The position numbers were made by a program, and so were the translations under genes. DNA of 64,000 bases from Porphyridium purpureum (Eukaryota). The DNA lies in NCBI GenBank assembly GCA_008690995.1, contig VRMN01000003.1:1798001-1862000 (forward strand). Reading direction: 5' to 3'. Under the pieces are notes generated by a model. That model saw only the letters and a list, made by a program, of their open reading frames with translations, ran no database searches and was not told where the DNA came from. Below, in pieces: positions 55,440 through 64,000 of the stretch; position 1 is the stretch's first letter, and the number at the start of each line of letters is the position of its first letter.

Positions 55440-58400
55440 ATGCAGGCGCACGCAATGATGGAGGTCGCGACGCTGCTCGAGGGCACGCTGAACGCCGACG
55501 GCGAGGTGCGCAAGAGCGCCGAGCAGCGGCTGCTGGGCATGGAGCAAGCGCCAGAGTACCACTCGGCATTCTTCTTGCTGCTGGGCGAGGCTAGCGTGCC
55601 GCTGCAAATCAAGCAGGCCGCAGCGGTCTACTTCAAGAATATGGTGGCGCGGCAGTGGGCGCCCGAGCAGCTGTCCAAGAAGGCAGTCGGCATGCAGGAG
55701 AACGACAAGGCGCTCATCCGTGAAAATTTGCTCGAAATGATGGTTGTTTCCGCGCCACGCGTACGCAGCCAGCTCGCCGAGGCACTCAAGACAATCGTGA
55801 CCTCGGACTTACCTGCGCGGTACCCGGGCCTTATCCCGAGCTTTGTCGCGTCGCTCCAGACAAATGAGCCCAATCGTTTAGACGCTGTGCTGCTCGCGCT
55901 CCGCCACGTCGTCAAAGTGTACGAGTTTCGCAACGACAGCAGTACAGACGGCAGGGGCTCGCGCAAGACGCTCGACGAGATCATTGACACCCTCTTTCCG
56001 CTTTTAATACAGGTGCTGAAGCCAATCCAGCAGCAAATTGAGACGCAAATGCAGGCGGGTGATTTGGTGGGCTGCGAACCGTCCATCTTGAGGGAAAAAC
56101 TCGTTTTTAAAATTTTCTGGTCATGTACGTCGTTCAAGCTTCCGGCATTTGTCATGCGGCATCCGGACCATTTTGACGCATGGATGTGTGCCCTCATGGC
56201 AGCTTGGAAGCGCCCCGTTCCTTCAAGTCTCATGCAGGACAAGGATGATGACGAGCTGTTGCGGATGCCCGAATGGAAGGTCAAAAAATGGATCGGTCAC
56301 ATCATTCACCGCTTTTTCCAACGGTACGGTGACCCCAAGCGGTTGCAGGACGATGAATCCCCGGACCTGTGTGGGTTTGCGGAATCGTTCCTGAATAGTT
56401 ATGCACCTCATCTCACCGCGGCAGTGGTTGAAGTGCTGGCCTGGCCACATACGCAGCATACGCGTCTCAGTCCTCGCGTGGCAAACCTAGCGCTCAATTT
56501 TATTGAGGCCTCAGTGGCCCCAGCGAGAACGTATCTTGTGTTGCAGCCGCAGATTGGACCACTGCTATCCAAAATTATTTTCCCGTACTTGTGTATGAGC
56601 GCAGCGGACCTAGAACTATGGGAGAATGACCCAATCGAGTACGTTCGCAAGAGCACCGATATTCTAGAGGATTTCTACTCACCGCGAAGTGCCGCATGCT
56701 CGGTCTTGTACACGCTCTCGCAGCTTCGCGCACAGAAAACCATTCTGCCGTTTTTGAACGATTTGACACAAATTCTTTTTGCGTACGAGCAGACCAAGGC
56801 TGCAGCACTGGCTGCGCCAAACGGTGTGACCCCGGGAGCAACCGAGCAGGGAGCAAAACCCGATGCAAACGGCAACCCTAGTAGTGCGACGTCCAGTGCG
56901 GTCATGATGCAAAATGCTGATTTGCGGCGACTGGCCTGCCAGAAAGACGGCGTGTTTACTGTGGTGGGGAACATCAAGGAAAAGCTCCTTTCGAATGCGA
57001 AGCTTACAGAGGCGTTTAAGAATATGTTGATCCAGTATGTGATACCTGAGATGCAGTCAGAGTTCGGATTTTTGCGTGCACGCGCGTGCTGGGTCATGGG
57101 TCAAATTGCGCTCACGGACTTTGACTTTTTCATGACAGTGCCAGATTTGCTTATGGGTGTTTTAGACGCGATTCTTCGACAGTTGCAAGATCCAGATTTT
57201 CCGGTGCGCGTGCAGGCCGCGACGGAGCTGCGACATTTTCTTTCGAACCCTTCCGCGGCGTCGGCAGTGCTGCCAGTGCTGCCCAACGTTCTCACACAAG
57301 TTTGCGCGCTCATCGACGAGGTGGACAATACGGACATCGTCACTACTATCGAGACGATCGTGGAGCGCTTCTCGGAACATATTGTACCTTACGCTTTGCC
57401 CTTATGCTCCAAGCTCACGCTGGCATTCATTCGCGCATCCAATGCGGGCGAGGAAGAGGAAGAATCTTCCTTAGCGGCCATTCAGTGCGTTCAAGCACTG
57501 GAGGCGATCATTCAGTCCCTTGCCGAAAAGCATGAGGATCCCGGGGAGCGCGCAGCGATCATGCAATCGATCGAACGGCAGATTCTCCCCGTCTTCCGTG
57601 GCATGTTTGAAGAGGAGCGCATGGACTTTTTTGACGACTTGCTATCCCTTTTGTCATTGCTGGTGTACTTTTCAGGCTGCAAGGAGCAGAATGTCGGGCT
57701 ATCGGCAGAAATGTGGGCTTTATACTGCGGGATGATTGATAGCTTCAATGATTGGGCTTTCGATTTTGCATCCACTTTTGTCGCTCCGGTGGACAACTTC
57801 ATTTCGAACGGCACAGAACAGTTTCTAACCGGTGCATCACCGAACGGTGTGCCGTATGTCAAAATGGCGTTTGATATGGTGATGAAGCTGTGGGAGCACC
57901 CGGAAATGGAAGACGACGCAGAGGAAGGCTGCAAGATTGTCGAGGTGATGGTCTTGAACTGTCGTGGGCGAATCAATGATGTCATAGTCGCGCTTTTGCA
58001 TGCCATTGTGAGTCGCCTGCGGTCGGCGGAGTCTCCACGCCTCAAGATGCTTCTGCTCTCCAACTTTGCGGCATGTATTTATTATGATCCGGTGCTCACA
58101 CTGTCGGTGATCGAAGGCGAGTTGAAGATTGCCGACCAGGTGTTTGGCCTTTGGCTTTCCATGCTTGATTCTTTTGAACGCGTGCACGACAAGAAGCTCA
58201 CGTTGCTCGCTCTTAGCACATTGCTCGCCCTTCCGCCTGCCCATGCGCCTCCCTTCCTGAACCATGCGCGTAGCCGCGTACTCCATTATTGCATAGTCCT
58301 AGTAGAGCGCATTCGCGAGCAGCGCGAGGAACGCAACGCCGAACTGACTCAACCCGCGTTTGCATCCGCCCAAGCAGGTGGTGGTAGAGCGGCTCTGCGA

Positions 58401-58733
58401 AGCAGCAACGAGTCTGAACGCGACTTTGACGATTACGAAGACGCTGACCTGAACAAGGTCGATTTGGACTATGTGCAGCGCATAGCTGAAGAGGCCGGGG
58501 TGGACCTGAATCGCCTCGCTGCAATCGACAACTTGGACGACGATGAAGACGACTACTACGACGACGAACTTGATGACGAGGGAGACTTTGACTCGCCGAT
58601 TGATGACGTTGACGAAGAACTGTATCTGCGACAGTGTTTCAGATCCATTCGAGCTGAAGATCAGCAGATTCTCGCTGATGCCCTGGATGCGGGTCAAAAG
58701 GCATGGCTTCACCAGATTCTCTCCGATGGGTAG
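55440..58733 (+). CDS. Importin-7/8 (Nmd5/SAD2-like importin-beta family)
   Basis: IBN_N motif QAAAVYFKN, WKVKKW...RFFQRYGDP, DLELWENDPIEYVRK, FLRARACW, HDKKL, acidic C-terminal tail. Confidence 0.92.
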   Translation: MQAHAMMEVATLLEGTLNADGEVRKSAEQRLLGMEQAPEYHSAFFLLLGEASVPLQIKQAAAVYFKNMVARQWAPEQLSKKAVGMQENDKALIRENLLEMMVVSAPRVRSQLAEALKTIVTSDLPARYPGLIPSFVASLQTNEPNRLDAVLLALRHVVKVYEFRNDSSTDGRGSRKTLDEIIDTLFPLLIQVLKPIQQQIETQMQAGDLVGCEPSILREKLVFKIFWSCTSFKLPAFVMRHPDHFDAWMCALMAAWKRPVPSSLMQDKDDDELLRMPEWKVKKWIGHIIHRFFQRYGDPKRLQDDESPDLCGFAESFLNSYAPHLTAAVVEVLAWPHTQHTRLSPRVANLALNFIEASVAPARTYLVLQPQIGPLLSKIIFPYLCMSAADLELWENDPIEYVRKSTDILEDFYSPRSAACSVLYTLSQLRAQKTILPFLNDLTQILFAYEQTKAAALAAPNGVTPGATEQGAKPDANGNPSSATSSAVMMQNADLRRLACQKDGVFTVVGNIKEKLLSNAKLTEAFKNMLIQYVIPEMQSEFGFLRARACWVMGQIALTDFDFFMTVPDLLMGVLDAILRQLQDPDFPVRVQAATELRHFLSNPSAASAVLPVLPNVLTQVCALIDEVDNTDIVTTIETIVERFSEHIVPYALPLCSKLTLAFIRASNAGEEEEESSLAAIQCVQALEAIIQSLAEKHEDPGERAAIMQSIERQILPVFRGMFEEERMDFFDDLLSLLSLLVYFSGCKEQNVGLSAEMWALYCGMIDSFNDWAFDFASTFVAPVDNFISNGTEQFLTGASPNGVPYVKMAFDMVMKLWEHPEMEDDAEEGCKIVEVMVLNCRGRINDVIVALLHAIVSRLRSAESPRLKMLLLSNFAACIYYDPVLTLSVIEGELKIADQVFGLWLSMLDSFERVHDKKLTLLALSTLLALPPAHAPPFLNHARSRVLHYCIVLVERIREQREERNAELTQPAFASAQAGGGRAALRSSNESERDFDDYEDADLNKVDLDYVQRIAEEAGVDLNRLAAIDNLDDDEDDYYDDELDDEGDFDSPIDDVDEELYLRQCFRSIRAEDQQILADALDAGQKAWLHQILSDG

Positions 58734-59096
58734 GAGGACGGCGCACCGTCGGCCTTTCCTTTTTTGCTTTATGTTCGTTGTTTGCTCCAAAGCTGTTCCT
58801 TTTCATCCTTGTCCATGTGGGTGCGCTTGAAGCAGCGGTTGCTCCCTTGTAGATGCCGCCACGGACTGGAAAAGAAAAATTCAAACGAGGAAATGAAAAC
58901 AAAAGCGAAAAGGCTTTAGGTAAATGAATGATTAGGTAAATCTGTGGATGTCGGGACTGATAACCCGCGCTCCGAACGTCCACAATCCACAATACACTTT
59001 CCAAAGGCCTGGTGCCTTTCGCGCAAAGTGCTCCTGAATACAGCCGGGCAGCGTGTTCCTGTATCCGCGCTGCACACGTGCCCATTTTGGACGCAT

Positions 59097-60536
59097 CTAC
59101 TTGCGCTTACGCAACTCACGGAGTCGCAGACCGGCCTCGTACGCAATTTCAATGGCCTGCGTTGCGTTCAAGCGCGGTGCGTACGTCCCGTCGTACCCTG
59201 CTTGTACCTTTTCCATACTTACACGTGCGAGAGAGCCTCCGAAAATCTCACTCACGTTGTCCGAAGTCATCTCGATGCGCAGACCGCCGGGCATGACACC
59301 CTCTGAATCGCAAATGGAAAAGAAGGTTTCAATTTCTGCGGTGATCAGGTCAAACGGACGCGTGGTGACGCCATTCTCCAGCACAATATTGTTTTCGCAG
59401 ATCGGGTCGCACATCCACAAAACGTTCAGATCCCTGGCTTTCTGCACAGCCTTCAGCAACGGGGGCATTTTTTTCCACAGTTCGTCGGCGCCCATGCCGA
59501 CCACGAGCACAATCCTGCCTGGCATGTTCTGCGGATTGAGCTTACGCACCAGCTGAATCAGTGCTTCGGGAGTCACTCCGGCATTGACCGAAAGCGCCAC
59601 TGGGTTCGCAATCTCGCTGGCAAACTTGACCCACTGCGGATCATCCAATGCGGAGCCGCTCAATGACAGCATGTGCGCCGAGCTGGAAAAGACGGCATCA
59701 CCGTGACCGTACAGCGGATCCTTCCGTGCGAGCGCAGCTTCAAACCAAAGCTCGTTGGGCCGGCGGCAAGTGAAGAATTCCGGCTCGCGGAATGCCTCGC
59801 TAGAGACGTCGATGCCACAGCCTTGCACAAAATCAAGTGCGTCTGCAATCGAGTCGACAAGATCTATGAACTCGCGCCCCTTGCGCGGCTCCGCATTGGA
59901 AGCGCTCAACTGATCGCGGATAATCTGCACCCACTCAAGCATCGAATCGGTTGACTTGGCGAGTGCATGCATAGCGTTGTGAGATGCCGACAGTTTGAAA
60001 TATTCATCGACTGCCTCGGCGACCACCTGTGTGCTTTCAATGGCGCTTCCACCAATCCTTGCAGCGCTGCTGGGTGGTGCCGTGTCCGCCAAGCCGACCT
60101 TGACGGTCGGCAAGCCGGATAGGTATGTCAAAACGATCACTTGCGCCACGAGAAGCCTGAATATTCCTTCCATTGATTTGCTGTCCAGCGAGTCGCCGAG
60201 CACTGAACTACCTGCCATGAAAACAAACGCCTCTCCATTTGCGGCCTTGGTGAGCGCGCGCGTCATCAAATGCACGTCGCCAGGGGAAACCAGTACGGGC
60301 AACTTTTTGAGTCGGATAACGGCCGGCTCAATGTGATCTGCGATCGGGATTGCAGCCGAATCATACCGCCAGCTCGTCGCGTCCACATGAACGTCGGGCG
60401 CCGCCGAAATTCTACTTTGCCGGCTCCGCGCACGCTCGCGCATTACATGGCTCGCAGCCCTCGGACCATTCGTCTCCCGCTCTCGCGGTGCCACCACTCC
60501 CTGAACAAGCGGCGCAACGCAAAATGCCGACATCAT
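59097..60536 (-). CDS. Class-II DAHP synthase homologue, predicted catalytically inactive, with plastid-type transit peptide
   Basis: Full-length collinearity with class-II DAHP synthases (PTVKVG, SAHML, IANPV, LNPQNMPGRI, WMCDP, TRPFD, GG..EMT..NV.E..GG, PRLNATQAIE) with active-site residues replaced. Confidence 0.88.
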   Translation of the reverse strand: MMSAFCVAPLVQGVVAPRERETNGPRAASHVMRERARSRQSRISAAPDVHVDATSWRYDSAAIPIADHIEPAVIRLKKLPVLVSPGDVHLMTRALTKAANGEAFVFMAGSSVLGDSLDSKSMEGIFRLLVAQVIVLTYLSGLPTVKVGLADTAPPSSAARIGGSAIESTQVVAEAVDEYFKLSASHNAMHALAKSTDSMLEWVQIIRDQLSASNAEPRKGREFIDLVDSIADALDFVQGCGIDVSSEAFREPEFFTCRRPNELWFEAALARKDPLYGHGDAVFSSSAHMLSLSGSALDDPQWVKFASEIANPVALSVNAGVTPEALIQLVRKLNPQNMPGRIVLVVGMGADELWKKMPPLLKAVQKARDLNVLWMCDPICENNIVLENGVTTRPFDLITAEIETFFSICDSEGVMPGGLRIEMTSDNVSEIFGGSLARVSMEKVQAGYDGTYAPRLNATQAIEIAYEAGLRLRELRKRK

Positions 60537-60823
60537 GCGCGCTTTGGCCTTCCCCGCGACAGGGTCGAACAACTGAGAGCCGTGCGGAGCAGCGCTGTGC
60601 GTCGCGCTGTCAAGAACGGAAGGGTTGCGACGCACTTTTGCCTTTTGCTTTCTCACCGATCCGTGATCTCACAGACGTTGGACGAGACGAGCATTCAGGC
60701 ACTTGTTATTGTGTTTAATTCCTAGGTCTTCTTCGAGTTGACATTTGCAGTATCTAAAATGGAAAGGAGGGGTTTCCAACTGGCCACGGGCTTGCACAAG
60801 GGTTCGTGCCGCCGCACGGAGGG

Positions 60824-61399
60824 CTACACCGCAATCTCGTGCTGCTTCTCTCGCAGGACTCTGCAGTTGTTTCCAACGGCAGCCTTATCTTCTTTCGAGG
60901 TACACTCCGTCTGCACACCGATAAAGTACGCCGGCTTCGGCTCTTTGGAGAACAATGACTTTTTGCGCAGCGGGGTCATGAAGAACTGGTTGTAGAAGCC
61001 CGTGCCGTCCTTCTTGTAATTGTAGAGGAACACAGCCGTGTCTTCTGTCGTCTTGAGCGCGTTGCGGATATCTGCGACATCTTCTGGCTCAGTCTCTTCA
61101 CCCTGCAAGAAGCGGCAGTTTGTTCCCACAATGTCCTTGTCCGTGTACCCGGTGAACGCCAAGAACTTCGGGCTGGCGTACACAATCGGGTGGTCCGGCA
61201 ATTCCGGGTCAGTCACGCAAAACATCTCGCCGTTCACCTCCATCTGATAGAGCAGCTCGAGATCGGCGTCGCGGATCTTCTTTGGCGGCTTCCACGCGGC
61301 CTTCTTCTCCAGCGCGGCAATGGCGGCCTTGGAGGCCGTGGGCTGGACCACGACGTTGGCGTCCGTGGCCTTGGCTCCCTTTCCACGTCCTTTACCCAT
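60824..61399 (-). CDS. Short stand-alone LOV-domain blue-light sensor
   Basis: FCVTDPELPDHPIVYAS, GTNCRFLQG, YNYKKDG..FYN, YFIGVQ; 191 aa from ATG 61399. Confidence 0.92.
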   Translation of the reverse strand: MGKGRGKGAKATDANVVVQPTASKAAIAALEKKAAWKPPKKIRDADLELLYQMEVNGEMFCVTDPELPDHPIVYASPKFLAFTGYTDKDIVGTNCRFLQGEETEPEDVADIRNALKTTEDTAVFLYNYKKDGTGFYNQFFMTPLRKKSLFSKEPKPAYFIGVQTECTSKEDKAAVGNNCRVLREKQHEIAV

Positions 61400-62440
61400 A
61401 ATTGCGTAGCTTTGTTTCACCCTGATGCCTGTGAGCAAGAAAACTCCCAACGCAGTTCCACCTCGACTCTTTCCCGTGACGCGCTTGCAGCTTCCTTTTC
61501 GAAGCAAGCTCGCAGTCGCACGCCTTTATATGCGCTGTCGTCATCGCACCCTGTCAGCAACCCCTCTAAGCCTATGCTCGTGCGCAACATGCAAGCGCAT
61601 GCCATTCTGGCACTGAGATGGTCATGCAAGTCTCCGCGCCGAACGAGACTTCTACGCACGCGCAGAGGCGCTGCTACGCGTACGACATGCAGAACGAGGA
61701 CGGACGGACAGACGGGAGGAATGAACGAAAACACGAGGAACCGAGGGAGCGTCCTTGCGTGTGTCTGTGTGTCACACCACAAACCCACCCGCCTGGTGTA
61801 GCTTCGCAGGCGTTACGTCATTGCATGTGTCGTTCATGATGCCATGTAACGTGTCGCACCTTGTGTTGCGCGCAAACCACCACGCGCCTCGTCAGCTTCT
61901 TCCCACTCGCGCTCCCCCTACTCGCGCATTTTTTTGAGTCCGGCAATCTCACGCACATCCGCCACGCCGCAATTAATCTGTGCGCATCACGCTGTACCGT
62001 CACAACCGCGCACGGCACTGTGACGTGCCCCTTTTTGTCCAAGCGGCAGACACCGGATTGAGGCGACGCGCAACGTCTGTGCGCACCACGTGCAAGATGT
62101 CTCCCACCGCGCATCACGCGCACAACACACAGCGCACGTGCGGACTTGCACACCGCGCATGCCATCTTACCCAAGACCATTCCTTCGTCATGAGTCTGTG
62201 TGAGTGTATGTGAGTTTCCTCTCTCTTGCCTTCGTCGCAATCTCGCATTTCAGTCCTCCCCTTCTCCCGCGCGAGTTTCTACGATCGGCGGCTTACACGC
62301 GCACTGTACCTTATCACGAAAGTCAGTCGCACGCATGATTCGCGGGTGTACAGTGCGCGATCGATTCTCTTTGATGATAGCGTCTTCGTGAAGCACGCGT
62401 ATACCAAACGTGTACCAATAGTAAACTACTGGTGTCTAGC

Positions 62441-62668
62441 TGAAGCAAGAGGTCCACAACAAGACGACTTTACTCCTTAACACAACCTAGCTCTTACCTC
62501 AAAAGGAGACAGAGCGCCGACTCGTCGGCCGTCTCTCACACTCTAATGATATACTACTGTGGTTAACCATTACGGTCACCAACCAACGGAGAGTTGTCAT
62601 CATTAAGTATTTGATGACTCCACATCACGTCATCAGGCAGGCAGAGAGGGATGACTATATTCCACGCA
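62441..62668 (-). repeat. Putative 3' LTR of the copia element (TG...CA, about 228 bp)
   Basis: On the minus strand the polypurine tract GAGGGGG (62675-62669) is directly followed by TG at 62668. Candidate end ...CTTCA at 62441; that boundary is uncertain because the 5' LTR is outside the window. Confidence 0.5.
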
Positions 62669-64000
62669 CCCCCTCATCACTTCTGCGCTGGCTGCAAAGG
62701 AACGAATCACACTCGCTCGACAAGGTGCCAGCGGGTGTACGGATCATTGTCACGCGACATTTTCTCATCATCATGGCTGTACGCATAGCCGCGCATGCCA
62801 GCGTCATCGTCGCAGTCGTCGGGCTGCATGAGCATCGCGAAGGCGTTGCCACGGTTTGCGGCGGAGCGAGCATGCGTCATACGCTGGGCGATGCCAAGGG
62901 ATAAGCTTGCACCGTACAGGCCCCACGCGGCTGCATGGCCGCGAAACACGTCGGTGGCAATCGGCTTCGTCAAGCCGTCAGCGACGTTGTCGCGCGTAGC
63001 GACATAGACGAACCTGACGAGTCCGTCCGCTGCTATCTCGTGCAACCATCTCAGAGAGATGCGTTGCATCTTTGGCGCATGCAGTAGCCGGTCACTGTGG
63101 CCGCGCTCCACCGCGCGCAAAGTCGACTCGTTGTCGCACCGCACAACGATCGGAGGCCAGCGCCTCAAAAGTTCTTCCGCCAGTGTCGCCACTGGGAACA
63201 CGCTGCCTTGCGCTGCGTCGTGCAGCGCTACCAACTCAGCCTCGGTCGTCGAGGTGCTGACGCGCCGCTGGCGCCGACTGGTCCAGTCTACAAGGTGTCG
63301 GCATCTGCCATTCGATATGAAGAGCACGGCGCCGCTCGTGGATGACGGTGCCGAAAAGTCGGCATCAGCCCATGCGTGCAACCGAACGTCGCGACTGCCT
63401 GTCGCGGGTATGTCGTATTGCAGACAGACGTCCGCATGCTTCTTCAGATACCCGACGATCTCGTCGAGCGCGCGATCCGCGCTTGGCCCCCACCGGTCGA
63501 CATAACGCGCCACATGCGCCGTGGCATAAGCGATGTCTGCTCGCGTGGTTCGGCTGAGCCACAGCAGTTGGCCAATCACAGTTCGCTTGTTTGTCGGGCA
63601 CGCGCGCCCGCCGGGACCATTGTCGTCGACCCGCTCGCTGAGTGGCGTGCTGCGCACGCGCAAGTTGTCCGCGGTGTGGCCGTTCGCCACATGGGTGGCG
63701 TACACCCCCGAATCCAATACCCATCGGCCGCCGTTGCGATAGATGTGCATGCCGAGATACTTGATAGGGCGCGTACGCGCCGAGTCTGCAATGTATTCGA
63801 CCTTCTGGTCGATTCTGAAAACGGTCTTCAGTTGTTTGACCGCCACTCGTACCGCATCCGTATTGCCGAAGAGTGCGCCATCGTCTACGTACATGCTCAG
63901 CGTGAGCATGCTGCCGTTTGCGCCGCGGCGCCAGTACTGGTTCTTGTCCGCGTTGGATTCTTGCCATCCAAGCCGCCGGGCACGCTCGCGAGCGTCGTGG
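62441..64000 (-). mobile_element. Ty1/copia LTR retrotransposon, 3' part (RT and RNase H), truncated by the window edge
   Basis: Open frame 63999-62707 with LGWQESNAD, YVDD, KYLGM, IGQLLWL...R.DIAYA, ADADF, W.SRRQ..VSTSTTEAE, CDN, NVADGLTK. Confidence 0.93.

Noticed and set aside
12465..60536. Amino-acid metabolism 'cluster' (argC, serine dehydratase, asnA, DAHP-synthase-like)
   Set aside because: The genes are spread over about 48 kb among unrelated housekeeping genes and belong to different pathways.
1..61399. bZIP gene plus LOV gene as a split aureochrome
   Set aside because: They are 60 kb apart on opposite strands, and nothing in the sequence links them.
1..64000. tRNA, rRNA, snRNA genes or CRISPR arrays
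   Set aside because: No cloverleaf with T-loop context, rRNA or snRNA signature, or repeat-spacer array was seen by eye; covariance-model searches would be needed to exclude them.

Overview
Gene-dense, apparently intronless, GC-rich eukaryotic nuclear DNA. Plastid-type transit peptides (MxAFV-like starts), PPR and HAT proteins and the compact layout are consistent with a unicellular red alga such as Porphyridium; this taxonomic call is inference. About 23 protein genes are recognisable: bZIP factor, EMC1, MOB1, HCF107/Mbb1-like HAT protein, argC, GLTP, gamma-tubulin, catalase, Sad1/USP39, PPR, two WD40 proteins, transketolase, serine dehydratase, RPB3, Dus, CPSF1, asnA, importin-7/8 and a LOV protein, plus the three unusual genes described next. 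There are also three decayed pseudogene regions, a full-length but dead Tc1/mariner transposon (32-bp TIRs, TA duplication) and the 3' end of a Ty1/copia retrotransposon. Most notable: (1) an intact class-II DAHP synthase homologue that has lost nearly all catalytic residues; (2) an intact RNase Z homologue lacking its metal ligands; (3) a stand-alone, aureochrome-like LOV photosensor; (4) a eukaryotic protein with a DUF3427/PUA-SRA-like domain, a possible modified-base reader; (5) a bacterial-type asnA. All family assignments come from motif recognition by eye; no database searches were run.
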